A stretch of 62,923 nt of DNA, the filler included, from Licmophora abbreviata (lineage: Eukaryota): assembly GCA_900291995.1 (NCBI GenBank). It is 11 parts of 11 records of this genome, joined end to end, with 100 filler letters (N's around TTAATTAATTAA, not from the genome) between each part and the next. Parts side by side here need not be neighbours in the genome. Positions count along the whole stretch, not along the records: positions 9,720 to 19,545 come from OLMU01003205.1; positions 19,646 to 21,002 come from OLMU01003206.1; positions 21,103 to 23,773 come from OLMU01003207.1; 8 more parts are not named here. One strand, written 5' to 3'. The notes below the pieces were generated by a model that did not search any database, was not told the DNA's origin, and saw nothing but the letters and a program-made list of their open reading frames with translations. The position numbers and the translations under genes were made by a program. Shown one piece after another: positions 10,470 to 22,744 of the stretch. Positions within the stretch are counted from its first letter, which is position 1. Every line of letters begins with the position of its first letter.

Positions 10470-13400
10470 ATGTCGTCAAGTAACTCGGTGTTGAGCCGAG
10501 TTCGTATGTTTGAGCAGCACCAGGTTGCAAATGCTGGCGTTCCAACCTCAAACAATAACTCGCCAAAATCCAACGTGACCAAAATTTTGACGTCGCTCAA
10601 GACGTCGTCACCTGAAACTCAAGCGCCCTCAGCGGTATCGAGGCTTCAAAAAGATCTGTCAGCGAATGGGAAACCGTTTTGCTCTTCTTCGGCGGAAATT
10701 TATGAGAACACGAGTATGGCAGGCGCCGAATTGGTTGGGTGGCCATCTATTGATGACGACGAGGGAATCCCAACGCCAACCAATACGAGCTGGAAGCGAG
10801 ATGCGAAGACTTCGAAGTTGTCGGTCACTTCTCGCTATCAGCAGGCTCTACCGAATCGAAAGATAAGGTCTCCTTTAGCAGTGACCAAATCCTTTAATGG
10901 GTGCACGGAAACAGTGCTACGGAGTGGCCGTCGCAGGGCGCAGAAGAGGCTATTCGGTCACCCAAGGCAGTGTCAGAGTCTGGAGAGATGGTTTCCATTC
11001 AAGTGAACGAAGGCTCGCGCATGGCTCGGTTGCCAATGGCCATGTCCAGTAGCGGTGTCACGTCGCCTGTTGCGAGGAGGTCTCCGCTTGCCTCGTCCGG
11101 AGATGAACTCGTTGGATGGCCCTCGGCAGAGGAGGAGAATATTTCACCAGAGAATGTACAGCACCCCTGCAATTCCTCACCGTGGCCGTCGGTCTACCAA
11201 GCGCATTCGGATGTCGAAGGCAGGTCTCCCAACTCACTTCCGACTGAGGAAATCTCCAGTTGGCCTGCAGCGGTCCCAGAAAAGCAGACGAGAGAGAGCG
11301 CCATCAGTCCTTCGTCAAACAGCGTATCGGCGACTTTCGAAAGGCGCAGTGGAGGCGGAAGTGTGGAATCTACCAATCCCATAAAATTGCAAGTAAGCGA
11401 AGGGTCGATCTCTGCAATTGACTCGCCGCAAGACGATGGAAGTCCCACGTCCATTGGGTGGCCAACTCACGATAGTCTGGCGAATACTGCATCGCACTCA
11501 GTCTTCTCGGGAGAAGACCGGTGGGGTGAAAGCGTGTTGTCTCGTGGAGAGTCCACTATAGACAGGCTACAGACGACGATAGTGCACAGCGCTTCGAACG
11601 CCTCAGAGTCTAGCAGTCAAGCTGCATTGAAGCAGAGTCTAGGCGATGCTGCCGTAGTTTTACGGGAAGAACGCTTGAGCAGCGTAGGATCGGCATCTTC
11701 CTCACGGCGTTCTTCGCTCAGCACAAGCGAGTTGAGTAGCATTGTCAAGAAGGCACTGCAGGCGGCGGCGTCGGATGAGGGGTTAGAACAGCGGCCACCT
11801 TCTACCATTACAACGAAGTCCAAAAACAGCACGCGAAACCTCCAAGCAGTGTCGGCTCGTGCCAGGGCAAAGGCCTACCTATCCTTTTCAGCTTCTTTGG
11901 ACGACTCCGCCACCGCTTCTTCGTCAAGAACTACTGATTCAAGTACTTCCGGAATCGAAAAAGCTGCTGAGGCAACTACGAAGACACCTTCGATCAGGCC
12001 TCCACCACTCCGTCAAGAACGGCCGGCGTCAATCAAGACGAAGTCGCATCGACGTGAGTTGCCCCCCTCCAAATCTGATGACGGCTCCATTGCCTCCGAG
12101 ATAACATCAAGCTCACGAACGTCTCGGAGATCAGTATTTTCCGCAGCGCAACGTAGACTGACAATGCGGCAAGGGCGAAGGAACGAATCTGCTGGCGTGG
12201 CCGCGCCAGCTCCTTCGCTTTCAATCCCTAGACATGAGAGCACGGCCGAATCTGACGACGCGTCCATTGCCTCCGAGAAGACATCAAGCTCACGCACGTC
12301 TCGCAGATCAGCATTTTCTGCAGCGCAACGTAGACTGACAACGCGGAAAGGACATGGGAATGAATCTTCGGGTGTAGGGACGACATCTCCGTCGCCTTCA
12401 ATTCCTAGGCATGAGAGCACGTCGAGCGAACAGAGGGCCAAAACAATGCTTGTCTGTCAAGACAGAGCTATAGAGGTTCCGGCAGCGAAATACGTTTCGA
12501 AGGTAGATAAAGGTGTAAAGAAGCCAGCAAGCTTGAATGAAGAAAAGGTTCGAGAGGCAACAGCCGTTGTTTCGTACAACCAACAAAGTTTGAAGGAAGA
12601 TCATACGCGAAACGTATTCGCTAAAAGAACAACAGTGGCATTAACTCCAAGGCATGTAAATGCACCCCAAGAACATACGACCCTAACGTCTGTAGCATCT
12701 CGAGACGATGCCATCGTCACAACAGCGGAACAGAACCAAAACGCGAAGGAAGACGTTGATGGCGCAATCTTCTCGATTGACGAACACGAGACAGAAGAGG
12801 CAGTTATCAAAGAGCAAGTCCGCGAGAGTTCTACTGGCTCGAGACAGATCTCAGCCGTTAGTCAGATGTCGTTAGCATCAAGGAAAGATAGTCTCAAGAA
12901 GAAGTTCAGCGCGCATCTTAAAAAAACTGACAGTGTGCGCGATGATGCGATCGCTGCCGATGACGAGTTGAAAGTATCGGTCACGAAGCCGAATCGCTTT
13001 CCATTGCACGGGCGCATTTCCGATCATCCCGCGTATCGTTTCAGGCAGTCCTCGACGCCTGAGCGGCTCAATTTACCTCCGACTGAAGTGTCGTCTAGTG
13101 GCGTCGATGACATTGGACCACAATCTACTGCGATTGAGGCTGCCTCCATCGCTACGGGTGCATCCGACGCCACAAGCTCCTTAGGCACAGCCTGGGAAGT
13201 GCAGAAGCTCTCCTCTTCTGCGACCGAGTCGTCGAATGGCGAAGCGACGAGATGCCATCATGTAACTAGGGAGGCATTCGATACTTTCCCGTTCAGTGAG
13301 ACCAATCGTGCTGACTTTGGAGTCTCCTTCGCCATTGAGTCGTCGGCCAAGGCTGGGATCGACCACGCGAAATCGTCATTAGAAGGCACTAACCACCAAG

Positions 13401-15311
13401 ATGAGGCGAACGAAGGTAGCAACACGGGTGTCGTAGATAGACGACCCGACGAATCGTCGACCCTGATCGGGCAGGCATACGTCAGGTCTTCTTCAGAAGA
13501 CACCAGCCAGGCCGAGCCGATCGTTGGTGATGGACGACCCGACGAACCTCGGTCATACCTTCCAGCTTCTCAACGGATCGAAACGAATGGGCCTATTCAG
13601 AATAAGTCACATGACGCCTGCCAATTTGCCACTGTCCGATGGTGGCAAAAGACTGGCGAGAGGACAGGAGACAATATCAATGTTGCCATCAGCGAGTCAA
13701 GCTCTTCATCGACATTGCTATCGAATGCAACGCGCCATACCTTCTCGGGCGTCGACGAAAGCGATCGCTCATCTAGACCCAATGATGGGCCAACTGACAA
13801 AATCGAAAATGCCTCAGATGAAGCCACGTCCCCGCCGACGATGATGGCGGAACGTTCAGCAGTCTCAGCTAGCGTGGACCACTTTGGAGCCACTCTGGAC
13901 AGAGCAAAACTGCAAACGGTACATTCAGATATCACTTCGTCTATTCTAGCTGGAGAGGCCACGAATGATGTTGTGAAAAGCCCTCGCGTTGGGGCTTCAA
14001 ATGCGCTTGGCGATGAAACGACAAGTAACGAAGAAGAATCCTTGGTCATGACAATTGACCAGACTCTCAAGGTCCAGGAAAGGAACAATTCCGCACGTTT
14101 GCCCAGTGAACATTCCAAAGGTCCAAGCTCACCAGGAGTCCTTAGTCCGTCAATTTTCATGAAGTTTAGCTTTGGTGTTCTGGAATCTCTCACAACCGGA
14201 ATCTGCGGACCGCCAGGCAAGCTGTCTTCGTGTAAAAACGCCCACTCGCACGAGAAGTTCTTTTCTCACCTGCCTTCTTCGCTCTTTGTTTCTCTCGCTG
14301 CAACTCGCAGGAATGCCAGCTGATGATCTTGTTTTGTCTCCCGACAGCCGCGAAAGCTGTGCACACGACGAACAAGGCTCGATCGGTGGGTCGAACCACG
14401 ACGCGATCCTCGACGAGATTTATGCTGCAGAACCAACAGAAAATCCCGGTGCTCTACATGATGAATACGACGAAGCCGCCTTGGCTCGCACGTTCTCCGA
14501 TGCGTCTGCTGCTTCAGTCACCCAGGCTACTATGAACGAAAAGGAGAAGGAGATGTGGAATGAATGGGACAAACGTGAGACTAAATCAAGATCGAAATCA
14601 AGCCTGAGGAGCTCTTCGTCAGCGATGACAAGCGTGCCCGATGAGCCTTCGGTCAACTTGTCTCGTCCTACGATCCGAAATGGTCCGCAGTTGCCCCTCG
14701 AGTCACCGCGGTCACACAAGTTGCTGGACAAGGAGACGAAGTCTAACAAGCTCCCTCCAACGACACCATTGACTCATAATCAGCTGAGGATTCTCGAAAA
14801 ATTTTCGGCGACTCTGAAGAACCACGGGATAGAGGTCCTGAAGCTAAATCGCGACAATAAATGGCAGCGTCGCTACCTTACTGTCTCAAAGGAGATCCAC
14901 TTTCTCAATGCCGGAGAATCTAACCGTCTGTCTGGAGACAGAGGCCAATGCCCTCTGGGTATTCTTTGGTTAAAACGTTTCAGTGTGGGGAGGAACTATA
15001 GCGTTGAGTCGATCCACGACGGCCGCGGTGGACTACTGCTCTCGCATCTTTCGAAAGTCTCGGCGTCCAGCCATTCTGACTCCGGTTACCCACTGACCAA
15101 CAAGAAGCACCATAAGTTCAAGGATTCTGTCCCTGTACACGTCGTTTGCAGTGATAGATCTCTTGTTTTTCGCTGCGTGACAACCGACGAGGCGCATTTT
15201 CTGTGCACGGGGCTAAGAGTCGTCATGGACGTTCTGAGAAGGGAGTGCGAAGTTGTGTACGACCGGCACGGCGAGTTGTCCGTCAACGCGGGCGTGCTTC
15301 AAGAAATGTAA
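10470..15311 (+). CDS. Large Ser-rich low-complexity protein with C-terminal PH-like domain (frame break near 10870-10915; GC-AG intron 14217-14310)
   Basis: Three overlapping ORFs; the first two share recurring WPS/WPT motifs. C-terminus GIEVLKLNRDNKWQRRYLTV...GILWLK...SLVFRC..DEAHFLCTGL resembles a PH fold. Confidence 0.65.
12074..12420 (+). repeat. Intragenic tandem duplication, 177-bp (59-aa) period, two copies
   Basis: SDDGSIASEITSSSRTSRRSVFSAAQRRLT...SIPRHEST versus SDDASIASEKTSSSRTSRRSAFSAAQRRLT...SIPRHEST. Confidence 0.9.
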
Positions 15312-15445
15312 TACGGATGTAGACGAATGTGCGAAGTGTGTACATGTTATGCCGTGTGCGGCATATTGCGTTGTTCGTATTTTTAATATCATAAAGATTG
15401 ATTCGAATTGAAGTAAATGATACCTGACATGAAATCTGCTGCCAA

Positions 15446-18400
15446 TTAGGGCACTGCGCTGCCTGCAAGGACATGAAGAGCACGTGCGCTTTCCTCCCCT
15501 GTTGACCTAACCAGCGCGCTGAAGTGCCCATCTCGTTGTAAGAGATCAGCGGGTGCGCCCTTCTCAACAGCTCGCCCACGATCCATAACAAGGACCGAAT
15601 CATAGTCCATGATGGTGTTGAGTCGATGTGCGACAGTCAGAAGGGTGGTACCCTGGAAACGGGTCCTTAGCATGCGCTGGATAAAAGCGTCGGTTGCCCC
15701 GTCCACGCTTGCTAACAACGAAGAAAAGACAAATTAATACAAGAATAACACAGTGATCGACGTGCAGCCACGGATGCAGAATTCTGCTCGTACCTGTCGC
15801 CTCGTCCATTACTAGTATCTTGCGGGAGGGAGGGGAAATTATCACAAGAAGAGTTTGATTTTCAAGCAATTTAACAACAGCAAGTCCGTACAAGTTCACT
15901 CGAGTTCGTACCTGTGGCTTGCTTAGCAGAGCTCGAGCCAGACACAACAACTGCCGTTCGCCAACACTGAAATTTGACCCGCCCTCTTCGACTCGAGAAT
16001 CAAGTACGCGAGCGTCACCCTTCTCCGCCAGGCGCACCTCCACAAGGGCTCCACAAATATCTTCGTCATTTGAACCTCCAAACGGATCTAGACACTCACG
16101 GAGTGTGCCAGCTAGGAGAAAGGGATCCTGAGGAATAATACTGAGGCGACCACGGACGTCCGAAAGCCCCACGGTGGATATATCAACGTCGTCAACCCAG
16201 ATGGACCCCGATTCTAGTTCTACTAAGCGGAAAAGAGCGATGGTCAAGGTTGTTTTGCCACTGCCTGTGCGCCCGACAATTCCGCATCTCTCTCCAGGAC
16301 GAACACTAAACGTCAGCCCTTTCAAGGCTAGTGGCAGCCCACTTCTGTAACGCAGCGAAACATTCTCGAAGTGAACCTTGCCATTCTGCGGCCAAGACGC
16401 CTGGAGCCCGATCGATGCATCTGTCGTCATCGATTTTTCTTCCGGCAAATCTGCCATTGCATTAACTCTTTCGATCGAGGTGATAGCCGCCTCCGACTCA
16501 GAGAAAGCGTCCACGAAAAATCCCAATGTGATCGTAAAATTCGCGGACCAAATCATCAGCAAAGCAGCTAGTCCTGGATCTAGCTTGAGCACGTCATTCA
16601 GGGAAACGATGAGAATCGTTGAAATCAGCACGATTGTCGAACCCAGATTCTCGATACGAAAGCCTAGCCACCTCTGTGCTGATATGTAGTTGATCAGCGC
16701 AGAGCTATTTGCGTCAACCGATTCCTGAAAGGTTCTCAAGAAAGCCTCTTCGCGTTTAAATACTCTGATCGTTGCTGCGCCATCAAGACCTGATCGAGAT
16801 GGAAAGCAGGACAGCTGAAATTCAGTCAACTGCACCAGAGAATAATGGTTTGGTCACACAACAAATGTCCTACCTTCCGATAACATGGCTTGTATCGGGG
16901 ACCTGGATACTGCATCGATACGCTGAAGATCCGGTCCAGACTTGCGGTAGCGAAGCAGGAGTAGTCCATATACTATCGTCACAGGAAGTATAGCGAGAGC
17001 CACCCAAGGAAGGATGCTGATCTGTATGGTGACCCCCGCTACAAACCAAGAGATAGATATCATGAGGACCGACATCGACTCAGTGAGAGTCAAATCGACC
17101 ACCTCGATGTCATAGGTGAATCGGTTCAGGATTCTACCAAGCGGAGTGGTTTCAAAATAAGACATCGGCGCCCTCAGTACGCTGGAAACCATCGTCTGAA
17201 ATACATTCTTAGCACAACGGGCACCACCACTCACTTTGCAGAAAGGAAAGACATGCGACAGGGTAAGCATCGTCAAGGTACCGACAAAAACCAAACCGTA
17301 CACGAGCTACAAAACTCACCCGCCCATTCGGACCTGATGTATTTATCGCACGATAGAAACAGGTTTGAAAAAGAATACAGGGAAACAAGATGTTTGGATA
17401 AAGAGAAGAACAGCCACTTACCGTGAAAATGTAGAGACACAAGAGACAATAAGAATAATTGCATATACCAAAAGGTACTGGTACTGAGCAACCCTCCCCT
17501 CTGTCTGTGAGGGGAACGTTCTCCCGAGTGCATCAACTGATTGGTCATGACCTTTCGTCCATATTGTCAACCAGAGCTCTGTCGCTACGTAGAATAATCG
17601 ATCGATTCCAAGTAAGCATACTTGAGTAAATAGGAATGGCATCCCACCGGCATGCTTAAACCATAGTAACCAAGTGCCAAGTCTGGAGAGACCGTGTTCA
17701 CGTGTTTCAGCCGTCATGAGCGCTCCTTCGCTAGTTTTGCTTTTTCCAGTATCCGTATTGGTAGACGTCTCGCTGTTTGGATCTCCGCGAGAGCCGTTGC
17801 TGTCATGATCGCTAGTTTCCTGCACCGAGGACCGAATGAAATCGATCGCATCCATAGTCGATGCGTTATCGTCCTGAAACTGAAGCAATTTCTGCCAAGG
17901 TCCAAGAAACACGGAGCGGCCCTTCGCCATCACCAAGATCTGATCAACTTGGTTGAGAAAGTGTGCCGCATGTGTGACAAGAACAATCGCAGCAGATGAC
18001 AGCAGCTCATTGTCTTTCGACTTGAACAGCAACTCGAATATTTTCTTCGCCGTACTTGCATCAAGAGCCGACAAAGGGTCATCGCAGAGCACAATATCAG
18101 GTTTCGAGTATGCGACTCTTGCCAACGACAATCGTGCCTTTTGCCCTGAACAAGCGAACAAATCGTATAGGAATCAATCGTGAGCACGCCGGGAAGGAAG
18201 ACGGCAAATTCAATAGATGTCAACAAGCGAGCCACGAACCTCCCGAGAGCGTAACACCCCGCTCCCCGATCTCCGTCAAATCCCCTGCTGACCCCAACTG
18301 AGCAATATCGGTTCGAAGGCAGCACGCGTCAAGCACAGCTTCGTATCGATCTTTCTCGTAAGCGGAGCCAAAGAGGATATTTTCGCGAAGCGTTGAGTTC

Positions 18401-20344
18401 AATACAAACGGAGTCTGACTCGCATAGGCCACTTTTCCATTCCGTGCAATTTTGGACGACAGAGAAGACGGAAGCTCCCCAATGATTCCATTGATCAAAC
18501 TAGACTTCCCAGAACCAACCGAGCCGACAATCCCGAGTATCTGCCCAGGAAAGAGAGCGAATGATATGTCCTCAACAGAAAAGCTGGCCGGTGTCTCACC
18601 AGGCACTTCGAGCTGATATCTGGCACCCTTCGTGGTGGTACCCGACAGGCTATGGCGTCCTACATAGAAAGAGGCAGTCTTCAACTCCAGTAAGGCTCCA
18701 GAGCTCGGCGTCGACAGACTCGGCGTCGTCGCACAATGCTCTTCCACTCTAGCTTCTCGTTCAAGAAATATCGAAAGCCGGCGACATGCCTCCAAGGCTT
18801 GTGCCGCTCTTCCAATCAGTCTGCCAGTGTAATTGATCGGGAAACGAAGTGCAGAGAACAGCAATAGTACCGTGAAAGTTCTCGAAGCCGTTAGAATATT
18901 GTCCTCGTCTACCAGGACGTAGGTGGCGAATGTCGCCGCGCTTGCCAGGACTGGTGACACAACGGTCATGACGAGGCTGAGTGCCCAAACGAAGAGTTCC
19001 CGTCTTAACATCTTGATTTCACGGTCACGAGCCTCTTGTATACGTTCCTCATACTTTGACTCATACTGAGAATGACGAAAAGACATGTCGCTTTAGGATA
19101 GGTTCGCAAAATGTACTAGTACAGGCAATCGCGACGCTAGATAGCACGTACGTTGTTCAGTTTCGTAACCTTGATCTGCAGGGTCAAAAGCATGCGCCAA
19201 CGCGAGGGTTAGAGGGAGAGCGTCAATACAAGCGAGATGCGGGAACGGACATGAGTTCTTACCCCCTGTAGCATTGCATTGACGATTTCTACTCGCTCGT
19301 CAGTAATTCTGATCCGTTCACGTCGTATCAATAGCATTTTCGTGGCCACCTTCTGCACGAGAGGCACGAATAAGATTAGAACCACCATTCCGACGATTGT
19401 CGTAGGCCCCATGACAATAAGAAGCAGTATCGTAACGAGTATCATCGACAGCGGGCACGACCATATTAAATGACCCTCTTGTGTAACTTCAAAGAGCTTT
19501 TGAGTGTCAATAGCAAGGAGATTGGTGACCTCTCCAGACGTCAAGNNNNNNNNNNNNNNNNNNNNNNNNNNNNNNNNNNNNNNNNNNNNTTAATTAATTA
19601 ANNNNNNNNNNNNNNNNNNNNNNNNNNNNNNNNNNNNNNNNNNNNGTCCCTCCGGAGTCAAGTGCAGGGCATTGTCGTAAATAACGTTTACCACAGACGC
19701 TCTCATGACGATTCCAGCCTTGGTGGCCAAATGCCGATGCCGATGGTTCCCAAACGCATTGATAATCGATCCTAAAAAGAGCAACAGGGAGTACATGATG
19801 CCCTCATCTACAATCTTTTCGTCGGGGTTGTCTTCCAATAATCTCAATAGCTGCATAACCAGCAAGGGTATCGCCACCTGAGCAAACACGGTTATCAACT
19901 GGCAGAAGCCAGCAGGTACAAAAGTCGGCGCCGCAAGATGCCACAGCGTCCAAATAAGACGACGTTGTTGATGCTTTTCAATCTCGTAGTACTCTCTGCG
20001 TTTAATCGGCAATAGATAATGAAGTGATGAGAAGACAGAAATCCGTAGGTCTTTCACCCTCAGTGATGGTCCATTGAATACTCAACCTACCGAAACTTCG
20101 ATACCAAGTATTCTGATTCTAAAGCAGGAGGCACCTTGAAAAGATCGTCTGGGCATAGATGAGTGCCATCATCTAGTGTCTGCTTGCTTCCCTTGTCTAG
20201 CACGCGGTTCATGTACGAGTACGTCCAGCTCCGGATAAGCAGGCGAAACCGAGAAACGTCATCCTGCGGTTCCTCCGGCCATTTTCTGTCCATCGTTTCA
20301 TGGGCCTCAGTTTGCTCCGTTCCTGACGATTGATCCCTACGCAT
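15446..20344 (-). CDS. ABCC/MRP-type full-length ABC transporter, multi-exon, crossing one gap
   Basis: TMD1, NBD1 (GSVGSGKSS, EIGERGVTLSGG|QKAR, LCDDPLSALD), TMD2 (FETTPLGRILNRF) and NBD2 (GRTGSGKT, FSVGERQLLCLARAL, ILVMDEAT|ASVD, TVAHRL). Confidence 0.93.
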
Positions 20345-20962
20345 GGTATCTTTTGACCAGGTGAGCCTATCGCAATTGATCGTCCCAGTGTAAGCCCGAA
20401 CGACGTAGATGTACCCCGCGATGAGCAGTATACGTATAAATTAGTTCGGCGAGCGAAATCAAAATTTGGAACCGCGACAACTTCGATGGGAAAAGGTATG
20501 AAGTCTCTTTCTTCTGTGAGTCGCCTTTCTCTCTTTGTTTCTCTCTCTTTCTACTCTCAGACCCAATGGCGAACAGACAGAGCCGCAGCGATCACCATGA
20601 ACGAAAGTGGTCGTCGTCAAACATCGAAGAGAAAAGCACATATGGAATTGGGAATTCCATAGAACGTTCAATGCACGGATGAATCAAGCGCGCGACACCA
20701 CCACACCACTGTGTTTGCCTAGCGCACCGAAGAGCACAGTTCTAGTCTAACCCACCAAACGCGTCAATATACTAGCACTGAAAACAAAGATGGATGTGCA
20801 GCGGAACTCCTGACGCAAACACCTAGACTGTCAATTGCATGCTCAAAGCGTAGTTAGGACAACGTAAGCAAGATCGATCGTAGGACAAGCAATCTACCCT
20901 CTTTACTTGACTCCTACTTGCAATTGCGAAGATTACGCTGGAGGCGAAGCCTCATTCTATTT

Positions 20963-22409
20963 TCAACAGTCCGTCTGCGTTCGCCGGTTGGAGATACGCC
21001 GCNNNNNNNNNNNNNNNNNNNNNNNNNNNNNNNNNNNNNNNNNNNNTTAATTAATTAANNNNNNNNNNNNNNNNNNNNNNNNNNNNNNNNNNNNNNNNNN
21101 NNCAGTCCGTCTGCGTTCGCCGGTTGGAGATACGCCGCAAAACAGCAATCAGAGTTTGCCATGCCACGTGATCATCTTCCGCCGGAAGCCCATGCGAGTA
21201 GAACCCAATCTCGTGACGATCCTTGGGCCACTCGCGCAGCATGAGAGCCCGAACGTCGTGGTCCGTAGCAAGCGGATTCTCCAGAATCATTTCCCTTGTT
21301 TTGTACAAAGCTCGTGTCTCCATGTACTCCACATAGTGAAAGCTCATACTCTCCGACGAGCAACAGTCCGTTCCTGCCAAAACACGTCCGTAGCTCTCAT
21401 GAAATCCCGCCAGTTCCTTCATGTTCTGATGCTTGTTCAGATACCACTGATCGACTCTCCCCATTATTATTCTTGTGAGTGGGAAGGCATGGAATCGATG
21501 CCACTTGCCACGATGTCGCGTGTCTTCTGCTTTCACATTGAGCGCGTCTCGAAGACATTGCGCCGTAACCAGCCCCGGATTCCCTTGAAGCCAATCACTG
21601 GCACCCCCTTTTACGACACACTGCTCGTCTTCACTATTCCAGGCTCGGACAAGGCGTGACATTGTGCTCCTTGACAACAGGTATCCCGCGGCGCCCGAGT
21701 TGAAGACAAGATTCTGGTTTTTCAAGGCTCGTCCGGCGTACATGTCCTTGTTGGGATCTTTTTGAGCCAAGTAATGACAGACATGTTCCGGAATAACAAA
21801 GGTGTGGTCATTGACGAAGAAAGCAAAGTCTGGATCGACCTTTTCAAAGACTTCTCGAATGACATGAATGAGACGCGGCACACCTTGGTCGGGTCCAATC
21901 TCAGGAGGCACCAAGAGCAGCTGGGGATACGTGTAGGAATCAGCAGGAGTGGACTCTTCTGAAAACATGGCTTCTTCGGCATCCGGATATTCGGTAGCAT
22001 TGTGCAGCACATAGATGGCTCTTGACAGTGGCGCCCATGTATCGGAAATGGATTGGAGTCGCTTGGACCGTCCGTCTGGGTTAACTACAGAAGGCATGAC
22101 AATCGTGACAAAGCGCGGTGCGCCCGAGTAGAACCGATGCCACGGATGTGCCCCTGCTCGACGCCAGGAGTTCGGAAAGACATTTCCAATGACAAAGCGG
22201 TGTCGATGGTGCAGAATCAAGTAGCCCGCGGTCAGCCCCACGAGGAGGAAGCCCCCTACAATGAGCAATGCGTAGCGCACGTCGGACGTTGGGCGAGTCT
22301 TCTTTTCGTCGTCGTCCTGAAACGCGCTTTTCTGTCCGTCCAAAGCCGCCGAGGGAGAGGGCGTAGTAGTGGGCGAATGTACTCGTTTGCGACTGTGTAG
22401 TTGCGACAT
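20963..22409 (-). CDS. GT31 (core-1 beta-1,3-galactosyltransferase/Fringe-like) type II membrane glycosyltransferase
   Basis: N-terminal TM, SISDTW, DFAFFVNDHTF, FNSGAAGYLLS, CCSSESMSFHYV. The stop at 20963 is recovered from the 36-nt overlap across the gap. Confidence 0.75.
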
Positions 22410-22744
22410 GGTGCAGCAAAGTGACGCCCACTTGCATCATGCGACTGTGTTCTCACAATGACGACTAGCCGGCGGCGGATAGCTCTCACGAAATGGCGCG
22501 GGGAGTTCGCGCACCTCGAAGCAGATCGCGCCATTTTGCATACTGTTCATCACAGTGATGATGGTGTCGGTGTTTGGTTCATTCTTGACTCGTTCTTGAC
22601 CCCCGACATGGGATACTTGCGGATTTTTGTCCATTAGAAGTGTAATTGGATCTAATTTGGTAAAACGACAGTCCGATAAGCTTGGCTTGTAAAGTTTCTG
22701 CTGCATCACTAAATTGCGACAGGGCCTCCATCCACACCACGATC

